Of a stretch of DNA of 64,000 nucleotides, positions 17,130-27,140 are shown in pieces. This DNA is from Alphaproteobacteria bacterium (GTDB lineage: Bacteria; Pseudomonadota; Alphaproteobacteria; UBA828). The DNA is taken from positions 1,120,001 through 1,184,000 of the forward strand of contig CBDCCI010000002.1 of assembly GCA_965214705.1 (NCBI GenBank). The letters run 5' to 3'. The translations under genes were made by a program, and so were the position numbers. The notes below the pieces were generated by a model. It saw only the letters and a program-made list of their open reading frames with translations. It had not been told where the DNA came from and did not search any database. Positions within the stretch are counted from its first letter, which is position 1. Each line of letters begins with the position of its first letter.

Positions 17130-18362
17130 TCACGCGGCGCGCACACGCCACGAGAGGCTCGCGGCCAGCGCGGCGGCAACGGCGAGCGCAGCCGTGGCCA
17201 GCAGCGACGGCACCACGTAGCTGCCGAGCGAATCGAAGAGCACGCCGGCGAGCGTCGGGCCCACCATCTGGCCCAGCCCCCAGGCCGCGGTCATCAGGGC
17301 AAGATTGCGGCGCGGATCGCCGGCCGAGCGGTGGCGGGCCTCGATGAGTCCAATCGCCGTCAACCCTACGAAGGTCCCGCCGAGCAGCCCAGACGCGAGC
17401 AGGATCAACCAGATGCCGCCGCCCAGCACGCTGAGCGCGACCCCCACCGCCTCAACCAGGCAGCCGATCGCGAAGGCGCGCTCGTTGCCCCAGCGCCGCC
17501 CGGCCCAGCCCCAGAGCGCAACCGAGGGCGCCGCCGTCAGCCCGACGCAGAGCCAGACCCAGTGCTCCGCCGGCTGCAGCACGGGATCGGCGCGCACCAT
17601 GTCGGCGACGAAGGTAGCCGTGATGACATAGCCGAAGCCGACCAGGCCGTAAGCGACGATCAGCCGGAGCAGGCCGCCGTCGCCTGTGTCGGTTCGGGCG
17701 CTCCGCGGTGCCTGCGCTGGCGCGCGCGGCCTCGGCAGCAACAGCGCGACCGGAATCGAGAGCGCGAGGCAGAGCACACCGCTGAAGAACCACGGGGCCT
17801 GCCAGTCGCTGTCCCCCGACGCCGCCGCCGGCACCGCCAGGGAGGAGATCGCGATGCCGCTGCCGACGCCGGCGTACATCACCGCCGCCCAGCCGTCGCG
17901 GCCGGCGGCAGCCAGCCGGTCCATCACCAGGGAGGACGCGAGCACCATCACCAGGGCGCCGGCTGCGCCACCAACGAAGCGCAGGACCAGGAACGCGCCG
18001 AGGCTCGTCGTGAACGCCATGGCGCCGGTGCTGAGCCCGCTCACCGCCAGCGCGCCGAACAGCCAGAAGCGGGTATCGCCCGGCGCCGCCCGCCACGCCG
18101 CCGCGAGCGCGCCGAGCAGATAGCCCAGGTAGTTGGCCGAGGCGATCAGGCCCGCCTCCGACTTGGCGAGGTCGAGGCCGGCGCTCATGTAGGGCAGGAT
18201 CGGCGTATAGGCGAAGCGCCCGATGCCGATGCCGACCGCCAGCGAAAGCAGGCCGGCCAGTGCCGGCAGCGCCGGATGGCGAGGACGGCCCGGCTCGGTC
18301 ACGGGACCCGCTTCCGGAGACGGCGGCCGCGCATCCGCGCCGGCGGCTCGGGCGCGATCCAT
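17130..18362 (-). CDS. YbfB/YjiJ family MFS transporter (true start may be GTG 18302)
   Basis: GIGRFAYTPILP, ASANYLGYLLGA, GFGYVITATF; many hydrophobic segments. Confidence 0.88.
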   Translation of the reverse strand: MDRARAAGADARPPSPEAGPVTEPGRPRHPALPALAGLLSLAVGIGIGRFAYTPILPYMSAGLDLAKSEAGLIASANYLGYLLGALAAAWRAAPGDTRFWLFGALAVSGLSTGAMAFTTSLGAFLVLRFVGGAAGALVMVLASSLVMDRLAAAGRDGWAAVMYAGVGSGIAISSLAVPAAASGDSDWQAPWFFSGVLCLALSIPVALLLPRPRAPAQAPRSARTDTGDGGLLRLIVAYGLVGFGYVITATFVADMVRADPVLQPAEHWVWLCVGLTAAPSVALWGWAGRRWGNERAFAIGCLVEAVGVALSVLGGGIWLILLASGLLGGTFVGLTAIGLIEARHRSAGDPRRNLALMTAAWGLGQMVGPTLAGVLFDSLGSYVVPSLLATAALAVAAALAASLSWRVRAA

Positions 18363-18442
18363 CGCAAAGAAGCATCCAGGGTGCTAAGACACATACGAGA
18401 CCGCCCGCGTGCGGGTTTCCATGCGCCCGTGACTAAGGAGCA

Positions 18443-18844
18443 ATGCCGATGTCTGCAAGGAGCGTCGTTGAGGGCTTTCTCGGTCAGCTCGCGGGCGGGG
18501 ATGCCGCCGCCATCGTGGCCATGTTTACCGACGATGCGGTGATCGACATGCCGGGCGGCGACGACCTGCCCTGGGCGGGGCGCTGGCAGGGCCGCGTGGC
18601 GATCGAGGACTACTTCCAGGTCATGCCGGCGGCGCTCGCCATGCACGAGCACGTCATCAAGACCTGGGTCGTCGACGGCGACACCGTCTCCGTCAACGGC
18701 GAGGAGGCCGGCTCGTCCAAGGTCAGCGGCAAGCATTACCGCGCGAAGTGGTGCTGGGTCTTCACCGTGCAGGGCGGCAAGATCGCCGTCTGGGACGCCT
18801 ACGAGGACACGCAAGCGCTTTCCGCCTGCGGCCCCTGGCGCTAG
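18443..18844 (+). CDS. SnoaL/NTF2-like (nuclear transport factor 2 family) protein
   Basis: F.DDAV..PG..LPWAG..G, FTVQGGKI..YEDT; AAGGAG RBS. Confidence 0.85.
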   Translation: MPMSARSVVEGFLGQLAGGDAAAIVAMFTDDAVIDMPGGDDLPWAGRWQGRVAIEDYFQVMPAALAMHEHVIKTWVVDGDTVSVNGEEAGSSKVSGKHYRAKWCWVFTVQGGKIAVWDAYEDTQALSACGPWR

Positions 18845-18856
18845 GCGACCAGCCGC

Positions 18857-20116
18857 TTGGCCGGTGTGGACGAAACCAAGGCTGACGGCGCAGCAGGGGA
18901 CGGCGCGGCGCCCGCCCACATGACCCGAACTCGCTGGGGCGTCGTCGCGATCGCAATCTTTGTAAGCGTCGTCGTCGGCTATGCCGTCGGCAAGGTGCCG
19001 CCCACCATCGGGCTGGTCTCCGATGAGTTCGGGCTGGACCGTGTTACTGCCGGTTGGCTCGCCTCCATCTTCTTCGCCTACGGCGCGGGCTTCGGCGTGC
19101 TGACGGGGATGACCGGCTCGCGCGTCGGCGCTCGCGCGCTCCTTCTGACGGGTGGTCTCGTTCTCGTCTTGAGCGGCATTGCCGGCGCTCTCGCGACCAG
19201 TGCAGCCATGCTGCTCGCGGTCCGCGTCTTCGAGGGGATCAGCTTCGCCGCCATCGTGGCCTCGGCCCCCAAGATCACTGTCGACGCCTCGCGGCCCGAG
19301 GACCGGAACCTCACACTCGGTATCTGGAGCGGCTATATGCCGGGCGGGATGGCGCTTGCCATGATCGTGGCGCCCTTCCTCGCCGAACCGCTGGGCTGGC
19401 GCAGCCTTTGGTGGCTCATGGCCGGAGCGGCGCTGATTGCGACGGTGCTCGCGGCGGTGGGCACCGCGCGCCGGCGCTGGCCCGAGCAGCCGCGCCGAGA
19501 CGCGGACGCGGGCTTCGACTGGGCCGGCGTGCGGGCGACGCTACCGGTTGGCGCACTCTGGCTCTACGGCGGCGCCTTCCTGCTCTTCACGATCCAATGG
19601 TTCGCGATCGCCGCGTGGCTCCCGACCTTCCTGACCGAGACGCAGGGCCGAGGGCCCATCGGCGCCGCGCTCTTCTCGGCGCTGGTGGTGGGGATGAACG
19701 TCACCGGCAACATGATCGGCGGCTGGCTGATGCACCAGGGCGTGCCGCGCTTCGTTCTGGTTGGGGCGGCGAACGTCATCATGGCAGTCACAGGTGTGTT
19801 GATCCTCACGGGCTTCGTGCCGGACGACGCCAAGATCCCGCTCGCAATCGTCTTCAGCGGCGGCAGCGGCATCCTGCCAGCGGCCGCATACGCCGGCGCG
19901 GCGAGGCATGCGCCGAAACCGGATCTCGTAACGATGGCCAACGGCTTCATGGCCCAGGGGGCGGCGATCGGCATGCTGCTCGGGCCGCCGCTGATGGCGG
20001 TCGTGGTCGGCGGCCTCGGCAGCTGGGAGGCCGCCTGGTGGTGCATGCTGGTATGCCCGGCCATCGGCCTCGCCATCACCGCCGGCCTGTTCGGGATCGA
20101 ACGCCGCAGCGCGTGA
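18857..20116 (+). CDS. MFS transporter, CynX-like (start may be ATG 18920)
   Basis: about 12 hydrophobic helices; GKVPP, RVFEG, LGIWSGYMPGG, LLGPP. Confidence 0.82.
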   Translation: MAGVDETKADGAAGDGAAPAHMTRTRWGVVAIAIFVSVVVGYAVGKVPPTIGLVSDEFGLDRVTAGWLASIFFAYGAGFGVLTGMTGSRVGARALLLTGGLVLVLSGIAGALATSAAMLLAVRVFEGISFAAIVASAPKITVDASRPEDRNLTLGIWSGYMPGGMALAMIVAPFLAEPLGWRSLWWLMAGAALIATVLAAVGTARRRWPEQPRRDADAGFDWAGVRATLPVGALWLYGGAFLLFTIQWFAIAAWLPTFLTETQGRGPIGAALFSALVVGMNVTGNMIGGWLMHQGVPRFVLVGAANVIMAVTGVLILTGFVPDDAKIPLAIVFSGGSGILPAAAYAGAARHAPKPDLVTMANGFMAQGAAIGMLLGPPLMAVVVGGLGSWEAAWWCMLVCPAIGLAITAGLFGIERRSA

Positions 20117-21074
20117 CCCTGATGAGAAATGTGGGCCAGGAGCGCGCGGGTCCGACCGAGCGGCCGGCGAAGATTTCGCCGCGCTGGATAACGAGGCTGG
20201 CCGCCAGCACGATGACGACACCGGGGATGGTGAGCATGCTCGGCAGGCCCTTGCCCAGCGCCCAGTCGATGGCGATGACGAGGGCCGGCAGAATGTAGCT
20301 GTATGACTGGACGCGGGTCGGGCCGATCCTGATGGTGCCCCACTGCATCAGAAACGAGGCGATCACCGTCGAGCAGATCGCGACGAAGACGACCCCACCG
20401 TAGGCGAAGAGTGGCACATCCATCCACGCCGTGGTCCATAGCGCTTCGTTCGCGATGAGCAGGAACCACAGCGCATTGATGGTCGCGATCCAAAAGGTCA
20501 TGACCAACACCGGCTCGCCCCGGTGGAAGAGCTTGACCAGCGGGCTGTAGAAGCCCATCGCCACGCAGCCTGCGAAATAGATCAGGTCACCCTCGTTGAG
20601 GTCGAGGGCTATGAAGCGGTCCCAATCACCACGGAAGACGACCCAGAGCGCGCCGATCAGGCCGATTCCGAGCGCGGCAAGCCGATGCCAGCCCAGCCGC
20701 TCGCCGACGAGGATCGCTCCCGCGATTGCCGTGAGGCCGGGGATCAGGGTCGAGATCGCGCCGGTGTTGAGCGCGCTGGTGGTCCGCAGGCTGTAGAACA
20801 TGCACCAGAAGAACGCGACCAGCGAGGTGCTGATCGCCGCGTAGCCCGCAAGCGTGCGCCAGCCCGGCCAGACGATGCCATGGCGCCAGGCGACCAGCGG
20901 GGCGAAGATCGCCATCGCCAGACCGAAGCGGATGAACAGCAGCGCACCGGTGTTCAACTCGTTGGCGATGGCCTCGCCCACCGGATAACTGAACGATATG
21001 AGGAACATGGCGACGAACACCCCGGCGTGAACGCCGGGCGTGGAGACGCCGCGCGGGGGCTGGGACTCGGTCAT
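20076..21074 (-). CDS. DMT/EamA family transporter
   Basis: RFGLA, TTSALNTGAI, LVGERL, IGPTRV..YSY; ATG at 21074 chosen. Confidence 0.85.
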   Translation of the reverse strand: MTESQPPRGVSTPGVHAGVFVAMFLISFSYPVGEAIANELNTGALLFIRFGLAMAIFAPLVAWRHGIVWPGWRTLAGYAAISTSLVAFFWCMFYSLRTTSALNTGAISTLIPGLTAIAGAILVGERLGWHRLAALGIGLIGALWVVFRGDWDRFIALDLNEGDLIYFAGCVAMGFYSPLVKLFHRGEPVLVMTFWIATINALWFLLIANEALWTTAWMDVPLFAYGGVVFVAICSTVIASFLMQWGTIRIGPTRVQSYSYILPALVIAIDWALGKGLPSMLTIPGVVIVLAASLVIQRGEIFAGRSVGPARSWPTFLIRVTRCGVRSRTGRR

Positions 21075-21133
21075 GGCGCGCCACCGTGGCGCAGGGTCGC
21101 GCGCAGGTCCAGCGCGGGACACGCGTTCCGGAC

Positions 21134-21162
21134 CTTGAAATCCGGTTGGCGCATCGCCACGT
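21134..21162 (+). promoter_or_regulatory. RpoH (sigma32)-type promoter
   Basis: CTTGAA-N17-CCACGT upstream of a small heat-shock gene. Confidence 0.7.
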
Positions 21163-21169
21163 GATTGGT

Positions 21170-21272
21170 GTCCAAAGGGGTGCCGCATGACGGGCCCCAC
21201 CAGGGCATGGAACCGGTTCGGCCATAACGGCGGACCACTGACTGACTTGCTTCAGAAAGGAGTCACACCATG
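21170..21272 (+). ncRNA. ROSE-type RNA thermometer in the Hsp20 5' UTR
   Basis: 3' hairpin UGACUUGCUU-CAGA-AAGGAGUCA (21243-21265) pairs UUGCU with the AGGA SD with a bulged G; upstream hairpins at 21177-21198 and 21215-21236. Confidence 0.8.
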
Positions 21273-21722
21273 CGTGCATTCGATCTTTCCCCGCTCTTCA
21301 GTACCACGGTCGGTTTCGACCGGATGGCCCGGCTGCTCGAGCAGGTGCCGAGCGAGACGGCGCCGACCTATCCGCCCTACAACATCCAGAAGATGGACGA
21401 GAACGCTTACCGCGTGACGCTGGCTGTTGCCGGCTTCGGCGATGACGAGATCAGCATCGAGGTGAAGGAGAACCTGCTCACCGTCGCGGGCAAGCTTGCC
21501 AAGGAGAATGGCGCGAACGAGAGCTATCTCCACCGTGGCATCGCCACCCGTGCGTTCGAGCGGCGCTTCAACCTCGCCGATCACATCCAGGTGACGGGTG
21601 CGGCGCTCGACAAGGGCCTGCTTCACATCGACTTGGTGCGCGAGCTCCCCGAAGCGCTCAAGGCGCGCAAGATCGCCATCGAGACCGGCGGCCAGAAGCG
21701 GCTCGACCGCAAGGCCTCCTGA
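21270..21722 (+). CDS. ibpA: small heat shock protein Hsp20 (IbpA-type)
   Basis: DLSPLF..VGFDR, YPPYNI, LAVAGF, YLHRGIATRAFERRF.LAD. Confidence 0.95.
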   Translation: MRAFDLSPLFSTTVGFDRMARLLEQVPSETAPTYPPYNIQKMDENAYRVTLAVAGFGDDEISIEVKENLLTVAGKLAKENGANESYLHRGIATRAFERRFNLADHIQVTGAALDKGLLHIDLVRELPEALKARKIAIETGGQKRLDRKAS

Positions 21723-21767
21723 TCGGTCCAGACCGCCGGATCGCCTTGCGATCCAGGTGAAGTGAGC

Positions 21768-21805
21768 GGGGCGCGGGCCAAAGGGCTCGCGCCCCTTTGC
21801 TATTT
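21768..21805 (+). terminator. rho-independent terminator of ibpA
   Basis: GGGGCGCGGGCC-AAAG-GGCTCGCGCCCC stem followed by TTTGCTATTT. Confidence 0.75.
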
Positions 21806-21963
21806 GGCGCCGCCCTCTTCGAGCGCGTTGGCGGTGCATTCGTACCACTACGTAGGGCAGGAAAATTCTCTGCGTAGAAATGGTCGCAGGCGTTTCTCCG
21901 TGCTAACGTGCGCGCGGACCGAGCGGCGCGCCCTCCGGGCGCGCCTGGTCCTGACGCGGGAGG

Positions 21964-23334
21964 ATGGAAATGGCATTGAGGAACGGATTGCGTCGCGGCA
22001 TGAGCGGAGTGCTGGCTGCGGCAGTGGTTGCCGGCGGGCTTTCGGTGGCGGCCACGACGACTTTCACGAGCGGTGAGGCTCAGGCGCAGGACGAGCAGTT
22101 CATTCCCCTGCTCGTCTACCGGACCGGGCCTTATGCGCCTAACGGCATTCCGGCCGCGAACGGCGCGCTTGACTATTACTCGCTGATCAATGAGCGCGAC
22201 GGCGGGGTCAACGGCGTCGCGCTCGCCTTCGAGGAGTGCGAGTACCGCTACGACACGAAGCTCGGCGTCGAGTGCTACGAGCGCCTCAAGAACCAGGGGC
22301 CGACAGGGGCCTCCATCGTCATGCCGCTGTCCACCGGCGTGACCTATCAGCTGAACCCGAGGGCGCCGGTGGACCAGATTCCGGTGCACTCGATGGGCTA
22401 CGGGCAGACTGCGGCCTCCGACGGGCGCGTCTTCCCGTGGACCTTCACCTTCCCCACCACGTACTGGAGCCAGGCCTCGGCCTTCATCAAGTTCGTCGGC
22501 GCCGAGGAAGGCGGCATGGAGAATCTGGCCGGCAAGACGATCGTGCTGGTCTACCACAACAGCCCCTACGGCAAGGAGCCGATCCCGACACTGCAGGTGC
22601 TGGCGGAGAAGTTCGGCTACACGCTCGAGCTGCTTCCGGTCGACCATCCGGGGCAGGAGCAGAGAGCGACCTGGCTGCAGATTCGCAAGATCAGGCCCGA
22701 CTGGACCTTCCTGTGGGGCTGGGGCGTGATGAACCAGGTGGCGCTCAAGGAAGCGGCGGCCATCGCCTATGACATGGAGCGTCTGATCGGCGTGTGGTGG
22801 TCTTCCAGCGAGTCCGACGTCGTGCCGGCCGGCGACGATGCCATCGGCTATCGGGGCGGCTCGTTCCACTCGCCGGGCGCGGGCTTCGCGCTCCACGACG
22901 AGATCCTGCAAACCCTCTATGGCGGCGACGCGGCGGCTGCTGCGGAGAAGAACTTCGGCGAGGTTCTCTACAATCGCGGGCTCCTGAGCTCGGTCTACAC
23001 GACCGAGGCGATCCGCACCGCCCAGGCCAAGTACGGCAACCGGCCGCTCACCGGTGAAGAGGTGCGCTGGGGTCTGGAGAACCTCGACCTGACCGAGGAG
23101 CGGCTGGCCGAGCTCGGCCTTGCCGGCTTCACTCCGCCGGTGAAGATCACCTGCGAGGACCATGAGGGCAACGGCCCCGTGATCATCCAGCAGTGGGACG
23201 GTTCGGCCTGGAACATCGTCAGCGACTGGATCGAGCCCATGCAGGATGTCGTGCGCCCGATGATCGAGGCTGCTGCGGCCCAGTACGCGGAGGAGAACAA
23301 CATCACCCCGCGCGACTGCTCGCAGGAGATGTGA
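21964..23334 (+). CDS. ABC transporter substrate-binding protein (HAAT/LivK-like)
   Basis: signal peptide ending AQA; YRTGPYAPNG, INERDGGVNG, WGWGVMN. Confidence 0.9.
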   Translation: MEMALRNGLRRGMSGVLAAAVVAGGLSVAATTTFTSGEAQAQDEQFIPLLVYRTGPYAPNGIPAANGALDYYSLINERDGGVNGVALAFEECEYRYDTKLGVECYERLKNQGPTGASIVMPLSTGVTYQLNPRAPVDQIPVHSMGYGQTAASDGRVFPWTFTFPTTYWSQASAFIKFVGAEEGGMENLAGKTIVLVYHNSPYGKEPIPTLQVLAEKFGYTLELLPVDHPGQEQRATWLQIRKIRPDWTFLWGWGVMNQVALKEAAAIAYDMERLIGVWWSSSESDVVPAGDDAIGYRGGSFHSPGAGFALHDEILQTLYGGDAAAAAEKNFGEVLYNRGLLSSVYTTEAIRTAQAKYGNRPLTGEEVRWGLENLDLTEERLAELGLAGFTPPVKITCEDHEGNGPVIIQQWDGSAWNIVSDWIEPMQDVVRPMIEAAAAQYAEENNITPRDCSQEM

Positions 23335-24170
23335 CGCTACAATCGGAGAGTGTGGCCGGGGGTGGCGGCGAGGAAACCGCTGCCACCCCTGAGGCCCTGC
23401 TGCGTCTCGACGCGGTCGAGGTCGTCTATGATCATGTGATCTCGGTCCTGCAGGGCGTCAGCATCGCCGTCCCCGAAGGGGGGATCGTCGCCCTGCTGGG
23501 GCCGAACGGCGCCGGCAAGTCCACCACGCTCAAGGCGGTCTCCAACCTGCTGCGCGTGGAGCGGGGCGATATCACCGGGGGCCAAATCCACTTTCGGGGC
23601 GAGCGCATTGACAAGCTCGCGCCGGGCGATCTCGTGCGCCGCGGCATCATCCAGGTCATGGAGGGAAGGCGCTGCTTCCCCCATCTCACGGTGCACGAGA
23701 ACCTGCTGACCGGCTCCTATACCAGGAAGGACGGCAAGGCGGCGGTAAGCGCCGATCTTGAGCGGGTCTATGCGCACTTCCCCGCCCTTGCCGAGCGGCG
23801 TCGTATCCTCGCGGGCTTCATCTCGGGCGGCGAGCAGCAGATGCTCGCCATCGGCCGCGCGCTGATGTCGCGGCCCACTATGGTCCTTCTCGACGAGCCA
23901 TCCATGGGCCTCGCGCCGCAGGTGGTGGCTCGGATTTTCTCGGAAGTCCGCCTCCTCAACCGGGAGGAAGGGGTCACCTTCCTGCTTGCCGAGCAGAACG
24001 CCAACGTGGCCCTCGGCGTGGCCGACTACGGCTACATCATGGACAGTGGCCAGATCGCCCTGGAAGGCACTGCTGAGGAGCTCCACGGAAATCCGGCGGT
24101 GAGAGAGCACTATCTCGGCCTTTCGCACGCCGCCGACGCTGCCTCGGATGAAGGCGGCCATGCCGGCTGA
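23331..24170 (+). CDS. ABC transporter ATP-binding protein (LivF-like)
   Basis: GPNGAGKST, ISGGEQQM, LLDEPSMGLAP; GTG 23331 overlaps SBP stop. Confidence 0.92.
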   Translation: MTLQSESVAGGGGEETAATPEALLRLDAVEVVYDHVISVLQGVSIAVPEGGIVALLGPNGAGKSTTLKAVSNLLRVERGDITGGQIHFRGERIDKLAPGDLVRRGIIQVMEGRRCFPHLTVHENLLTGSYTRKDGKAAVSADLERVYAHFPALAERRRILAGFISGGEQQMLAIGRALMSRPTMVLLDEPSMGLAPQVVARIFSEVRLLNREEGVTFLLAEQNANVALGVADYGYIMDSGQIALEGTAEELHGNPAVREHYLGLSHAADAASDEGGHAG

Positions 24171-24975
24171 CGCGAAGAACGGCCACCCGGCGCCGGGCGA
24201 GCCCATGCTCAGCGTGGAGGGCATCGCGCTCCGCTTTGGCGGCGTCCAGGCACTGGCCGGTGTCGAGTTCACGATTTATGCCGGTGAGATTTGCGCCATC
24301 ATCGGACCCAACGGCGCCGGCAAGACCTCCATGCTTAACGTGCTGAACGGCGCCTATCAGCCGAGCGAGGGCACCATCACCTTCAAGGGTCGCACGCGCC
24401 GCAAGATGCACCCACGCGTCGCCGCCCTAGAGGGCATGGCGCGCACTTTTCAAAATGTCGCGCTGTTCAAGGGCATGAGCACGCTCGACAACGTGATGGC
24501 CGGCCGCAACCTCAAGATGCGCAGCAACTTTGTGGCCTGCCTGCTGCCTGTAGGACCGTCGCGGGCGGAGGAAGCGCGCCACCGCGCCCATGCAGATGAG
24601 GTCATCAGCTTTCTCGAGATCCAGGACATCCGCAACGTGCCGGTGGGCCGGCTGCCTTACGGCCTGCAGAAGCGGGTGGAGCTCGCCCGCGCGCTCGCGG
24701 CCGAGCCCGATCTGCTCCTGCTCGACGAGCCCATGGCCGGGATGAACCGGGGTGAGAAGGCCGAGATGAGCCGCTTCATCCTGGAGACCAAGGCGCGCTT
24801 CGGCACGACCATGGCCCTGATCGAGCACGACATGAGCGTGGTCATGGAGCTTTCCGACCACATCGTGGTGCTCGACTACGGCCGCAAGATTGCCGACGGC
24901 ACGCCCGAGGAGGTGCGCACCGACCAGACCGTGATCGACGCCTATCTGGGCGTCGCGACCGAGGACGACGCGTGA
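24148..24975 (+). CDS. ABC transporter ATP-binding protein (LivG-like)
   Basis: FGGVQAL, GPNGAGKT, ARTFQN, LPYGLQKRVELARAL, IEHDM. Confidence 0.92.
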   Translation: MKAAMPADAKNGHPAPGEPMLSVEGIALRFGGVQALAGVEFTIYAGEICAIIGPNGAGKTSMLNVLNGAYQPSEGTITFKGRTRRKMHPRVAALEGMARTFQNVALFKGMSTLDNVMAGRNLKMRSNFVACLLPVGPSRAEEARHRAHADEVISFLEIQDIRNVPVGRLPYGLQKRVELARALAAEPDLLLLDEPMAGMNRGEKAEMSRFILETKARFGTTMALIEHDMSVVMELSDHIVVLDYGRKIADGTPEEVRTDQTVIDAYLGVATEDDA

Positions 24976-25910
24976 TGGAGTTTCTCTGGGACTTCTTCGT
25001 CGCGCCCTTCATCGACATGATCGAGTTCCCCATATTCCTGGCCGAGGTCGCGGTCTCCGGTCTGCTCACCGGCGTCATGTACTCGCTGGTGGCGCTCGGC
25101 TTCGTGCTTATCTTCAAGGCCTCCCAGGTGTTCAACTTCGCACAGGGCGCGATGGTGCTGTTCGCCGCGCTCACTCTGGTGGGATTGATGGAGCACGGCG
25201 TGCCGGTCTGGGGCGCGCTGCCAGTCACGGCGATCGTCATGGTCGCGCTTGCCTTCGCGATCGAGCGCGGGATGCTGCGCCCGCTGATCAATCAGCCGCC
25301 GATCACGCTCTTCATGGCGACCATCGGACTGAGCTTCCTGCTCGAGGGCGCCGGCGAATGGGTCTGGGGCTCGAACGTGAAGGCGCTCGACCTCGGCATT
25401 CCGAATTCCCCGGTCGATGTCGGTGGCATGCTGCTGAACGAGTTCGACCTCATTGCCGCCCTGGTGGCGGCGGTGCTCGTGGCGGCGCTGGCGCTGATCT
25501 TCCAGCACACGCCCATGGGCCGCGCGCTCAGGGCCGTAGCCGACGATCCGCAGGCCGCGCTCTCCCTCGGCATCTCGCTCCGGACCATCTGGATCATCGT
25601 GTGGTCGGTGGCGGGGGTCGTCGCTATCGTCGCCGGTATCATGTGGGGCGCGAAGAGCGGCGTGCAGTTCAGCCTGTCGCTGATCGCGCTGAAGGCGCTG
25701 CCCGTGCTCATCCTGGGTGGGCTGACGTCCGTTCCCGGCGCCATCGTCGGCGGGCTCATCATCGGCCTCGGGGAGAAGGTCGCCGAGGTCTATTGGGGCC
25801 CGGTGATCGGCGGCGCGATCGAAAACTGGTTCGCCTACATGCTGGCGATGCTGGTTCTCATGTTCCGGCCCCAAGGCCTGTTCGGCGAGAAGATCATCGA
25901 GCGGGTGTGA
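24975..25910 (+). CDS. branched-chain amino acid-type ABC permease (LivH-like)
   Basis: YSLVALGFVLIF..FNFAQG, GRALRAVA, FRPQGLFG. Confidence 0.92.
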   Translation: MEFLWDFFVAPFIDMIEFPIFLAEVAVSGLLTGVMYSLVALGFVLIFKASQVFNFAQGAMVLFAALTLVGLMEHGVPVWGALPVTAIVMVALAFAIERGMLRPLINQPPITLFMATIGLSFLLEGAGEWVWGSNVKALDLGIPNSPVDVGGMLLNEFDLIAALVAAVLVAALALIFQHTPMGRALRAVADDPQAALSLGISLRTIWIIVWSVAGVVAIVAGIMWGAKSGVQFSLSLIALKALPVLILGGLTSVPGAIVGGLIIGLGEKVAEVYWGPVIGGAIENWFAYMLAMLVLMFRPQGLFGEKIIERV

Positions 25911-26962
25911 CCGTGCTCAGCTATTTCAACGACCTCTACAGCACCTTCTTCGCGACCCGTTCGCGCACGATCAACACGGTCTTCGTGACCGTGATCTCGT
26001 TGCTCGCGCTCTTCGCCGTTCCGACGTTGGCGAACGAATACTGGCTGCAGGCGATTCTGATTCCGTTCCTGATCTTTGCGCTCGCGGCGCTTGGGCTCAA
26101 CCTGCTCACCGGCTTCGCCGGCCAGCTCTCGCTCGGCACCGGCGGCTTCATGGCGGTCGGTGCCTATTCAGCCTTCAAGATGACGACCGCGTGGCCCGAG
26201 TTGGATATCATCGCCATCTTCTTCATCTCCGGCTTCTTCGCCGCCGGTGTCGGCATCCTGTTCGGACTGCCGAGCCTGCGCATCAAGGGCTTCTATCTGG
26301 CGGTGGCGACGCTCGCCGCGCAGTTCTTCCTGATCTGGCTCTTCAACCGGGTGCCGTGGTTCTACAACGACAACCCGTCGGGCACGATCACGGCGCCGCC
26401 GCGCACCTTCGCAGGCGTCATGGTCACGGGGCCCGAGGCCGCCGCAGAGGTGCGCTATCTGGTGGCGCTCGTCCTGTTGGCGGTCTTCGTCTTCTTCTCC
26501 TGGAATCTGATGCGGAGCCGCTTCGGCCGCGCCTGGATGGCGGTGCGCGACATGGACGTGGCCGCCGAGATCGTCGGCATCCCGCTGCTCCGCACCAAGC
26601 TGCTTGCCTTCGGCGTGAGCTCCTATCTCTGCGGCGTCGCCGGCGCGCTCTTCGTCTTCCTCTATCTGGGCAGCGCCGAGACCATCGCCTTCGACGTCAA
26701 CGTCTCATTCCTGGTGCTCTTCATGATCATCGTGGGCGGCCTCGGGTCGATCACGGGCTCGATTATCGGTGCCGCTTTCATCACCATCCTGCCGATCTTC
26801 CTGACCAACCTGAACCCGATCCTCGGCATCGACCTCGCCGTCGACCTCGCCAAGCATATCGAGGTCATCATCTTCGGCGGCCTCATCATCGTGATCCTGA
26901 TCCTCGAGCCGCACGGTATGGCGCGCCTCATCCAGATCTCGCGAGAGCGCCTGCGAATCTAG
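25907..26962 (+). CDS. branched-chain amino acid-type ABC permease (LivM-like)
   Basis: LGLNLLTGFAGQLSLG, LRIKGFYLAVATL, GRAWMAVRD; GTG 25907 overlaps LivH stop. Confidence 0.9.
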   Translation: MTVLSYFNDLYSTFFATRSRTINTVFVTVISLLALFAVPTLANEYWLQAILIPFLIFALAALGLNLLTGFAGQLSLGTGGFMAVGAYSAFKMTTAWPELDIIAIFFISGFFAAGVGILFGLPSLRIKGFYLAVATLAAQFFLIWLFNRVPWFYNDNPSGTITAPPRTFAGVMVTGPEAAAEVRYLVALVLLAVFVFFSWNLMRSRFGRAWMAVRDMDVAAEIVGIPLLRTKLLAFGVSSYLCGVAGALFVFLYLGSAETIAFDVNVSFLVLFMIIVGGLGSITGSIIGAAFITILPIFLTNLNPILGIDLAVDLAKHIEVIIFGGLIIVILILEPHGMARLIQISRERLRI

Positions 26963-27140
26963 CCCGCAACTTTCGACAGGGTCGTTGACTGTCTAGCCCG
27001 CCTTTCTCACCAAGGTCCCGGCCTGCGGTCCGACTCCCTGGAACATGGTGCGATGCAAGCCGTGCGTCGTTCGAGCCAGGATCGAGCAATGCAGCGACTA
27101 TTCTGCCGTGCGCGAGCGTGTTCTTGCGCCCGCGTCCCTT

